The notes under the pieces are model-generated. The model had not been told where the DNA came from. It saw only the letters and a list, made by a program, of their open reading frames with translations, and made no database searches. The position numbers and the translations under genes were made by a program. This document shows positions 23,747-30,462 of a DNA stretch of 38,986 nucleotides, in pieces. The stretch's first letter is position 1. Each line of letters opens with the position of its first letter. This DNA is from a virus (Duplodnaviria; Caudoviricetes): positions 1 through 38,986 of IMG/VR virus record IMGVR_UViG_3300016474_000415; one strand, given 5' to 3'.

Positions 23747-24045
23747 AGATCACCATCAAGTGGTTTGGCGACCAGTTCAACATCGGCCTGGCCTCCGCCG
23801 AGGGCCGCGAAGAGTTCCTGTCCATCAAGGGCTGCCGCCTCAAGAGCGGCGAGCGCGGCGACTTCGTGAGCTGGCCCGCGCAGAAGAAGGACGACGGCAC
23901 CTACTGGCGCCACGTGTGGGGCTCTGACGACTTCCAGGCCGCCGTGATCCGCGAGGCCAAGAAGGGCCAGCCCGCCGCCAAGCCCGCACGGCAGAAGGAT
24001 GAGCGCTGGCAGGCCGTGACCGAGGACGAGGATTTGCCTTTTTGA
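23743..24045 (+). CDS. SpoVG-like single-stranded DNA binding protein
   Basis: IKGCRLKSGERGDFVSWPAQK; acidic DEDLPF tail. Confidence 0.7.
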   Translation: MKITIKWFGDQFNIGLASAEGREEFLSIKGCRLKSGERGDFVSWPAQKKDDGTYWRHVWGSDDFQAAVIREAKKGQPAAKPARQKDERWQAVTEDEDLPF

Positions 24046-24051
24046 GCTGCC

Positions 24052-24306
24052 ATGCAAAACCGCATCAACCCGCGCGAGCGCGCCCACCTGGCGCGCGTCA
24101 AAGCCTTGCCGTGCTCTGTGTGCGGCGCTCCCGGCCCGTCCGAGGCGCATCACATCAAGCAGGGCCTGCAGTTCACGGCCGTGGCCCTGTGCGAGAGCTG
24201 CCACCGCGGACCGGTGATGGGCTGGCATGGCCAGAAGCGCTCCTGGGCGGTGCACAAGATGGACGAGCTTGAGGCTCTGAACGAAACCATTAGGGGGCTG
24301 GCATGA
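24052..24306 (+). CDS. Zn-binding HNH-like nuclease (Ref/DUF968-like)
   Basis: LPCSVCG..EAHH..LCESCH. Confidence 0.7.
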   Translation: MQNRINPRERAHLARVKALPCSVCGAPGPSEAHHIKQGLQFTAVALCESCHRGPVMGWHGQKRSWAVHKMDELEALNETIRGLA

Positions 24307-24503
24307 AAGAAACAGGTGGTGCGGCATTTCCGTTCGTCTACGACGACAAGAACCAGAGGCACATCCATGGCGGTATGACATTGCGCGACTACTTCGCCGC
24401 CAAAGCGTTGCAAGTGACTTGCGAAGATTTCATGCCAGACGATGCGGCAACGCTGGCCTACGAACTCGCAGACGCAATGCTGGCGGCCAGGAACCAGCAA
24501 TGA
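24303..24503 (+). CDS. Conserved phage protein
   Basis: TGGAAFP..GMTLRDYFAAKAL..AYELADAMLAAR. Confidence 0.75.
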   Translation: MKETGGAAFPFVYDDKNQRHIHGGMTLRDYFAAKALQVTCEDFMPDDAATLAYELADAMLAARNQQ

Positions 24504-24892
24504 CCCACACCACCACCCTGCACAACCCGCAGGAGGCGCACCAGACGCTGCAGCGGCTGTGGGGCTGGCTCAAGCCACGCCTGCTGCAGGGCCACCGCAT
24601 CACGCTCAGCGTGGAGGAGGAGCGGCGCAACACGGCGCAAAACGCTTTGCTGCACGCCACGCTGCAAGACATCGCCCAGCGGCGCGAGTGGGCCGGAAGG
24701 AAGTGGGACGTGCTGACCTGGAAGCGGCTGCTTACGGCCGCGTGGATGCGCGCCCGCGGCGACCAGGTGCTGGTGGTGCCCGCCCTGGACGGCCACGGCT
24801 TCGACGTGGTGTTCGAGCACACCAGCAAGCTCAGCAAGGCGCAGATGGCCGAGCTGATCGACTTCATCCAGGCGTGGGATGCCCAAGCATGA
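24500..24892 (+). CDS. ninB: NinB/Orf recombination protein
   Basis: RNTAQNALLHATLQDIA..WKRLLTAAW..TSKLSKAQMAELIDFI. Confidence 0.85.
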   Translation: MTHTTTLHNPQEAHQTLQRLWGWLKPRLLQGHRITLSVEEERRNTAQNALLHATLQDIAQRREWAGRKWDVLTWKRLLTAAWMRARGDQVLVVPALDGHGFDVVFEHTSKLSKAQMAELIDFIQAWDAQA

Positions 24893-25533
24893 ACAACACG
24901 TTGTCGGCAATCCCCTTGGTTGTGGATTGCGAGGTCACCGAGATCAAGGTCTTGAAGGTGCCGATCCACACCATCAGACTGACCCCGTTCAATCCATCGT
25001 CTCGCACAGCAGATGGCGCACGGCTGCAGAAGTTGGTGGATGCGATTCGAAAACACGGGCTGTCTTACCCCGTGCTGATCACCACCGACCGCGATCTGGT
25101 TGATGGGCATCGCCGCTTGCGGGCGTGTCAGTTGCTTGGACACACCCACATCAACTGCATCGTGACACCCGTAGAGCGCGATGAGCTGTTCGGCGACGTC
25201 AACGACACCGCGCTGCCGATGGCCAGCCGCGGTTGGCTACAGGTGGCGCGCGGTGGTGGCAAGGTGCCGGCGCGCTACAAGGCTCAGTACGACGAGTTGC
25301 TGCGCCTGGTCGGCACCTTCGGCATTGACACCCTGATTCGCAATGGCTTGGGCATGAACTGCTTGGGCCTGTGCAAGCAGGTGTGTGCGCTGGACGGCAA
25401 GTACAACCTGGCCGACATCATCATGGCTGCCGCCGCGCGCAAGCTCAGCAACAAGCTGAACGCTGTCATTCGCAGCGGCCAATCACGCGAGGACAAGGTG
25501 AGCGAGATCGACGCCATCTTGACGCAGGCATGA
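24889..25533 (+). CDS. ParB-like N-terminal domain protein
   Basis: LVDAIRKHGLSYPVLI..LVDGHRRLRACQLLG. Confidence 0.75.
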   Translation: MNNTLSAIPLVVDCEVTEIKVLKVPIHTIRLTPFNPSSRTADGARLQKLVDAIRKHGLSYPVLITTDRDLVDGHRRLRACQLLGHTHINCIVTPVERDELFGDVNDTALPMASRGWLQVARGGGKVPARYKAQYDELLRLVGTFGIDTLIRNGLGMNCLGLCKQVCALDGKYNLADIIMAAAARKLSNKLNAVIRSGQSREDKVSEIDAILTQA

Positions 25534-25721
25534 CCGAAACCCTGACCTGGACCCCCGCGTCCACCAAACCCGACGCCGACACCACTGTGCTGTGCTGGCG
25601 TGACACCGGCGAGTGGTTCAGCGGCTGGTGGGATGACCAGGCCGGCGCGTGGTTTGATGCGGCCAGCGGCGGCATCGTGGACGGCGTAACGCACTGGGCC
25701 GATGTGGGGGGTCCGCAATGA
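25530..25721 (+). CDS. DUF551-like small protein
   Basis: WTPASTKPD..VLCW..VTHWA. Confidence 0.65.
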   Translation: MTETLTWTPASTKPDADTTVLCWRDTGEWFSGWWDDQAGAWFDAASGGIVDGVTHWADVGGPQ

Positions 25722-26017
25722 ACCTGCGCGACCTGGAGCAGCAGATCACGGCCCTGCAGCAGCAGGCCGAGGCCATGCGCACCACGCTGGAAGACCCGGA
25801 GCTGCCCGCGGCCTGGCGCAAGTTGCAAAACGGCGCCAACTGGTACAGATACCTGCAGCTCACTCCGGCGCAGGGCGAGCTGTTTAAGCGCGATGGCTGG
25901 GAGCCGCTGTACCGCCGCCAAAGGCCCATGGACAGCGAGCTGGCGCGCAACCTGGCGCGCAACTACCGCGGCGTGGGGCTTGTGCGCGAAGTGGAGAGGC
26001 ACCATGGCATCCACTGA
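25718..26017 (+). CDS. Hypothetical protein
   Basis: ATGA coupling; C-terminal VREVERHHGI. Confidence 0.65.
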   Translation: MNLRDLEQQITALQQQAEAMRTTLEDPELPAAWRKLQNGANWYRYLQLTPAQGELFKRDGWEPLYRRQRPMDSELARNLARNYRGVGLVREVERHHGIH

Positions 26018-26045
26018 AGCCCGGGCAACCGCACGGCCTCACCCC

Positions 26046-26177
26046 ATGGCCCCGCACCAGTTCTTGCGCCGCTGCTTTGACTGCAACCGCAACCTCCGCG
26101 ACCATGAGGGCAGCAGCTTCCAGCACCGGCTGTGGCGCTGCGCCGCTTGCACCAACGCTTTGAGGGGGCGCGCATGA
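26046..26177 (+). CDS. Small Zn-finger protein
   Basis: CFDC..WRCAAC. Confidence 0.5.
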   Translation: MAPHQFLRRCFDCNRNLRDHEGSSFQHRLWRCAACTNALRGRA

Positions 26178-26374
26178 CGTTTAAGGTCAACACAGACAAG
26201 ACGGCGGTTGTAAGCACCGAATACTTCTGGCAGCCGCTGGAGACCTGCCCGCTAAGCGCCAAGGTGCAGCTGCTCACGCAGGGCGGGATTTCGGTGTATG
26301 GCCAGTACAGCAAGGGCCAGCCGGGCTTTTTGGGCTGGGCACCGTTGCCGAAGAAACCGGAGTGGATGCGATGA
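26174..26374 (+). CDS. Hypothetical protein
   Basis: YFWQPLETCPLSAKVQLL..GWAPLP. Confidence 0.65.
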   Translation: MTFKVNTDKTAVVSTEYFWQPLETCPLSAKVQLLTQGGISVYGQYSKGQPGFLGWAPLPKKPEWMR

Positions 26375-26550
26375 ACCGCGACGTCTGCGAACACTTCACC
26401 CCGCTAGATCTGCCGTGCGACAAGTGCAAGGAGCCCCCCTTGCCACGCACCCTCACCGACGAAGTCATTGCCGAGCTTTGGCACCAGAACGGCGGCTTTC
26501 ACCATCACTTTGCCCGCGCCATTGAGCGCTGGCTGCGAGGTCACGCATGA
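26371..26550 (+). CDS. Hypothetical protein
   Basis: LTDEVIAELW..FARAIE; ATGA overlaps. Confidence 0.6.
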   Translation: MNRDVCEHFTPLDLPCDKCKEPPLPRTLTDEVIAELWHQNGGFHHHFARAIERWLRGHA

Positions 26551-26792
26551 GCACCGCCATCAACAAGGCGCGCACCGGCCTGGTGGAGATCACCGAGCGC
26601 AAGGGCCAAAAGATCACCGCCCGCGATGTGGCCACCGCCCACCTGGCCATGGCGGCCCTGGACAACATGCAAGAGCGCGCAGCACACGACTCGCGCGTGT
26701 ACGGCAGCGTGCTGAGCGACTCGGTGGAACGTGGCATCCAGCTCGACGCCGTGCGCGAGATGCTGGTGCAGATCAGGGAGATTTTGGAATGA
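26547..26792 (+). CDS. Hypothetical protein
   Basis: ATGA overlaps on both sides. Confidence 0.6.
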   Translation: MSTAINKARTGLVEITERKGQKITARDVATAHLAMAALDNMQERAAHDSRVYGSVLSDSVERGIQLDAVREMLVQIREILE

Positions 26793-27013
26793 GCCTGATG
26801 ACACAAGCCTGGCTGCTGGACAAGTTCGGCCCGCGGCTGAGTGTGGACGACATGGCCGAGGTCTTCGGCATGGCCCGCGCCACCATCAACAACGAGATCA
26901 GCGACGGCAGCTTCCCGGTGCCCACCTACCGCGCGCACGGCAAGCGCTGGGCGGACTACCGCGACGTGGACGCCTACCTGGACCAGTGCCGTGAGGCAGT
27001 GGCAGGCGTCTAG
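26789..27013 (+). CDS. xis: Excisionase-like HTH protein
   Basis: LLDKFGPRLSVDDMAEVFGMARATINNEISDGSFPVPT; converges on the integrase (shared CTAG stops). Confidence 0.7.
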   Translation: MSLMTQAWLLDKFGPRLSVDDMAEVFGMARATINNEISDGSFPVPTYRAHGKRWADYRDVDAYLDQCREAVAGV

Positions 27014-28014
27014 CGGTGCAGATCCTCGGGCTTGAGGTTGGTGTAGCGCTTCAAGTGCCGCCAGTCCTTGTGCCCGGTCACCAGCGCCACCTGCTGCACC
27101 TCGTAGCCGGCTTCGAACAGGCGCGAGGTGCCCTCATGCCGCAGATCGTGAAAGTGCAGATCCGGGATGCTGAGCGCCTGGCAGGCCCAGCGGAAATACT
27201 TGCTGAGCGTCTGCTCGTGCACCGGGAAGATCAGCTCCCCCTTGGCCTGGCGCTGCACGATGGCCCAGGCGTCACCCAGCAGGGGGATCCACTCGTTGTT
27301 GCCGACCTTCTTGCGCGGGTGCTTGCGGTCGCGCACCAGCACCAGCTTCTTCGCCGCGTCCACATCCTCCCAGCGCAGCCGCACGATCTCGCCGCGGCGC
27401 ATGGCCGTCAGCACCGCAAAGCGCACCACGTCGGCGTAGAGCGCGCCGTGCTCGCGCTCCAGGTGCTCCACCAGGCGCTGCAGCTCGTCCTCGGTCGGGC
27501 GCCGCTCGCGCTTGCCGCCGCCGCCGATCAAGCCCAGGTGCGTCAGTAGCGGCCGCGCCTGGCCCACCACATCAGGCAGCGTCACCTTGGCCGCCAGCGC
27601 CGCGTAGCGCAGCACCGTGCCGAGCTTGCCGATGTCCATGTTGCAGGTGTAGGGGCCAGCGCCATCGTCGCGCCGCGCGCTGCAGTAGCCCACCAAGTCC
27701 TCCGGCGTCAGGCGCTGCGCGTCACGCGCGCCCAGGTGGTGCTCCAGGTGGCGCAGCGTGTAATGCTCGGTGGACGCATCGCTGATGGGCCGGGCCCGCT
27801 CGCGCATCTTGCGGTACGTGGCAATCAGGTCGGCCACCCGCACGCTCTTGCCCTGCCCCGGCTTGGGCTGCAGGCCGCGGTCAATGTCCACCTCCATCTG
27901 CCGCGCCCAGCGCTCGGCCTCGGTTTTGGAGTCAAAGGTGCGCGTGTAGACTGGATGCGCCTTGCGCCGTACCTGCGCCCGCCACTTGCCCTTGACCTCG
28001 ATGATGCTGGCCAC
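27010..28014 (-). CDS. int: Tyrosine integrase
   Basis: TAMRRGEI, FHDLRHEGTSRLFE, TGHKDWRHLKRY (R-H-R-H-Y). Confidence 0.95.
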   Translation of the reverse strand: MASIIEVKGKWRAQVRRKAHPVYTRTFDSKTEAERWARQMEVDIDRGLQPKPGQGKSVRVADLIATYRKMRERARPISDASTEHYTLRHLEHHLGARDAQRLTPEDLVGYCSARRDDGAGPYTCNMDIGKLGTVLRYAALAAKVTLPDVVGQARPLLTHLGLIGGGGKRERRPTEDELQRLVEHLEREHGALYADVVRFAVLTAMRRGEIVRLRWEDVDAAKKLVLVRDRKHPRKKVGNNEWIPLLGDAWAIVQRQAKGELIFPVHEQTLSKYFRWACQALSIPDLHFHDLRHEGTSRLFEAGYEVQQVALVTGHKDWRHLKRYTNLKPEDLHR

Positions 28015-28025
28015 ACAACCTCCAC

Positions 28026-28198
28026 AGTGCTACCGGTAGCAGTTGGTAGCACTGACCCGGTGAATGGGGCTGATTGTGGGGCCTGCGGTGGTGATGACTT
28101 GCGAGGGAAAACGAGGTACAGTCGAGGGGCAGCCCGCCGTAGTTCAATGGGAGGAATCAACTAGGAATAGCCACAGCGGTAGCACTTTCGGTAGCACT
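28026..28198. mobile_element. attP: arm-type repeats flanking a tRNA-5'-like core
   Basis: GGTAGCA(C/G)T x5 (28026 inverted, 28035, 28045, 28178, 28190) around CCCGCCGTAGTTCAATGG (28133-28150). Confidence 0.75.
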
Positions 28199-28254
28199 CA
28201 AGGCGCCAGCATGGCGCCGTTGCATGCCTTACGCGCTTGTGCAAGAATCTCAGC

Positions 28255-28410
28255 AGCTGGCCGCCATTTGTGGCGAGAAGTGCGAGCTGTGGCGTGCAGC
28301 GGCAACGGTAGCCGAAAGGCGCGAGTGACCAAGAGGTGGTTCGATTCCACCCCGCCACAGGTAGCCGGATCAAGCCCCTTCAGTCTTACCGCTGACGGGG
28401 TTTTTTCTTT
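28255..28410 (+). ncRNA. Candidate structured small RNA with tRNA-like acceptor stem and T-arm
   Basis: TTGCAT-17-AAGAAT promoter; CTGTGGCG/CGCCACAG stem; GGTGG-TTCGATT-CCACC; GAAA and GCAA hairpins; terminator at 28372-28410. Confidence 0.6.
28372..28410 (+). terminator. Intrinsic terminator
   Basis: AAGCCCC.TCAG..CTGA.GGGGTTT followed by TTTCTTT. Confidence 0.65.
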
Positions 28411-29153
28411 GGTGCCGGCAGCCCATCTGGCACGACGCTGACAAGTTTGAAACCATCTTCCGTCAGCTCCAATGGCACGGTTGCATCGTACAGACGCCCC
28501 GTCACTGGGTCCGTTACACGCTGATTGACTAGCGCTGGATGCTGGTTCTTTGAGGCCGGGTCCATCAAGGGACGGGATCTCCTTTGCATACCCTTATCCG
28601 CCACGTCACCGACTTGTGTAGGCGAGTACCCGTCTCTAAGGATTCGAGCTTCGTAGACGTGCCAAAACCTGTCTGGAGTCAGAAAAACATCGCTTGTGCT
28701 TGGCGTCTCCTTTCCAACTAAGCCTGCCAGCCCTTTGGTTTGCCCGTCTGTGACATCACCCATGCGGTACGGAGCCTCCGTCCTTCCTGCCGTCAGTTCC
28801 TCAATAAACTTCTTCTTTGCGAACGGGTCTATAACCCCAGCCTCGGACCGCAACAAGCTCGGCGCGGCTGAATTGGCCTCCACCTGCAGCAGCCCCTTGG
28901 CAATCTGTGGCGCCTTGGCTGCGGCCACCATGGGGCTGAGCAGGCTCACCGTCTCGCCGGCCAGCGAGGCAGCCGACTGCGGCACATCGCGCTTGAGGCC
29001 TTGCTGCTTGAGCCACTCCGAGCCGCCTATGGCGTTCTGCGGCACCGGCACGCCGGCCTTGCGCAATGCCCAGGCCAGCAGGTCCACCGGCGCGGCCACG
29101 GTGTCGGCGGCCGTATTGCTGGCCGATTGCAAGAAGTCCAACAGTCCCGCCAT
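28386..29153 (-). CDS. Two-domain protein: ejection-protein-like N-terminus plus lower-GC C-terminal domain (possible BECR-type nuclease)
   Basis: MAGLLDFLQ..APVDLLAWALR..GGSEW; composition shift near 28850; FWHVYEAR..FKLVSVVP. Confidence 0.6.
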   Translation of the reverse strand: MAGLLDFLQSASNTAADTVAAPVDLLAWALRKAGVPVPQNAIGGSEWLKQQGLKRDVPQSAASLAGETVSLLSPMVAAAKAPQIAKGLLQVEANSAAPSLLRSEAGVIDPFAKKKFIEELTAGRTEAPYRMGDVTDGQTKGLAGLVGKETPSTSDVFLTPDRFWHVYEARILRDGYSPTQVGDVADKGMQRRSRPLMDPASKNQHPALVNQRVTDPVTGRLYDATVPLELTEDGFKLVSVVPDGLPAPKKKPRQR

Positions 29154-29602
29154 CACACCCCCAACAACGCCGCCTCTGCGGCTCTACGCTTGACCAATCC
29201 CGGCAGCACCCGGCCGCCGCCCCGCACCCACTTCATCAGCTCCACCCGCGCTCCGGGCACGTCGTCGGCGTTGATGCGCCGGCGCAGCGTGCTGCCCGCC
29301 AGCGCGCCCGTGCCGCAGTTGAAGGCGAAGTCCAGCACCGCTCCCGTGGCCACCTCGCCCCAGTCGGCCAGGCCGGGGCACAGGCGCTGCACCCGGGGCA
29401 GGCACTGCAGCAGCTCGTGCTCCAGCAGCGCCATGGCGCGCTCGCGGGTGATGGGCGGGTCGGCTAGGCTCACGCGGCGCCCGTCCTCGTAGAACGTGCT
29501 GCCCACGCCGATGGTGGGCACCGCTGCCGGGCACAGGTAGGGCTTGAGGTACAGGCCTTCAAACACCATGCACAGGCCGCGGGCGGTCTCGACGGCGCTC
29601 AT
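29153..29602 (-). CDS. Endolysin, GH24 lysozyme
   Basis: FEGLYLKPYLCPAAVPTIGVG (E-x8-C-x5-T), DFAFNCG, LPGLVKRRAAE. Confidence 0.92.
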   Translation of the reverse strand: MSAVETARGLCMVFEGLYLKPYLCPAAVPTIGVGSTFYEDGRRVSLADPPITRERAMALLEHELLQCLPRVQRLCPGLADWGEVATGAVLDFAFNCGTGALAGSTLRRRINADDVPGARVELMKWVRGGGRVLPGLVKRRAAEAALLGV

Positions 29603-30066
29603 TTGTTGCGCTTGCCCAGCGAGCGGTCGGCAAAGAAGAAGCCGAGCACGGTGCCCGCCAGGGTGACGTCCCACTCGTCCATCTTCCAGCCCTGGTGGTT
29701 GAGCTTCAGCACCCACAGCGCCAGCGCGATGGTGGCCGCGCTCGGGCGGATGATGCCGTTCCAGATGTCCACCACCGCCCATCCCGTGGGCTTGAAGGCG
29801 CTGTCCATCACCTTGGCGAAGGCGGCGGCTTCAGCGGTGGCCACATCGGCCTCGGCTTTGGCCGCCACCATCTGGATGCCGAGCTCGTGCTGCAGGGTGA
29901 GCGTGGCCTGCATGCGCTGGTGGGCCAGGTCTTCCAGCCGGGCCTGCTGCTCCAGGCGCTCCATCTCGTGCTGGTGGTCCTGCTTCTTGTTGTACCAGGC
30001 CGAGACCTCGCCCCAGATCATGCGGAACACTGATCCGCCGAGGAAGGAGAACAGGGCTTCGATCAC
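29599..30066 (-). CDS. Holin-like membrane protein
   Basis: KKQDHQHEM coiled coil, NGIIRP, two C-terminal hydrophobic segments, FFFADRSLGK. Confidence 0.65.
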   Translation of the reverse strand: MIEALFSFLGGSVFRMIWGEVSAWYNKKQDHQHEMERLEQQARLEDLAHQRMQATLTLQHELGIQMVAAKAEADVATAEAAAFAKVMDSAFKPTGWAVVDIWNGIIRPSAATIALALWVLKLNHQGWKMDEWDVTLAGTVLGFFFADRSLGKRNK

Positions 30067-30326
30067 TTGACCCACCTTGACCCGAACTGCACCAGCGTGA
30101 ACAGCACGGCCGCTGCCGCCCACACGCCGATGCCGCGGTTGATCCACTGGTCCACCTTGCGGTCGGTCTTGTGGATGGAGGTGTCGTGCACCGCGATTGC
30201 GGCTTCACACTTGCCGATGCGCTCACCCTGGGAACTCTGTCGTTCCTCAATCAGAATCAGGCGCTGGATGGCGTCGGTCAGCTTGTCGACCTTGGATTCG
30301 AGGCGGCGGAAGTCGTCGTCGGTCAT
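30063..30326 (-). CDS. Lysis-module coiled-coil plus TM protein (holin/antiholin-like)
   Basis: MTDDDFRRLESKVDKL..GIGVWAAAAVLFTLV. Confidence 0.65.
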   Translation of the reverse strand: MTDDDFRRLESKVDKLTDAIQRLILIEERQSSQGERIGKCEAAIAVHDTSIHKTDRKVDQWINRGIGVWAAAAVLFTLVQFGSRWVK

Positions 30327-30332
30327 GGCGTG

Positions 30333-30355
30333 AAAAAGCCCGCGCGAGGCGGGCT
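30333..30355 (-). terminator. Intrinsic terminator after the ejection genes
   Basis: AGCCCGC-CTCGC-GCGGGCT-TTTT on the minus strand. Confidence 0.8.
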
Positions 30356-30366
30356 GGGAGTGGTGG

Positions 30367-30462
30367 ATGGCGAAGTGGTACGGGCTGGACCCGATCTTTT
30401 GTGGCTGGCTGGTGGTGGCCGTTATCGTGTGGGCCATCCAGTCATGGCGAGACCGAAAGTAG
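30367..30462 (+). CDS. 31-aa antisense single-TM peptide
   Basis: MAKWYGLDPIFCGWLVVAVIVWAIQSWRDRK; GGGAG upstream. Confidence 0.45.
   Translation: MAKWYGLDPIFCGWLVVAVIVWAIQSWRDRK

Noticed and set aside
28026-28198. CRISPR-like mini-array
   Set aside because: The repeats are only 9 bp, irregularly spaced and one is inverted; they fit integrase arm sites.
28287-28360. Canonical tRNA gene
   Set aside because: No anticodon stem-loop, no proper D-arm and no CCA; reported as a tRNA-like RNA instead.
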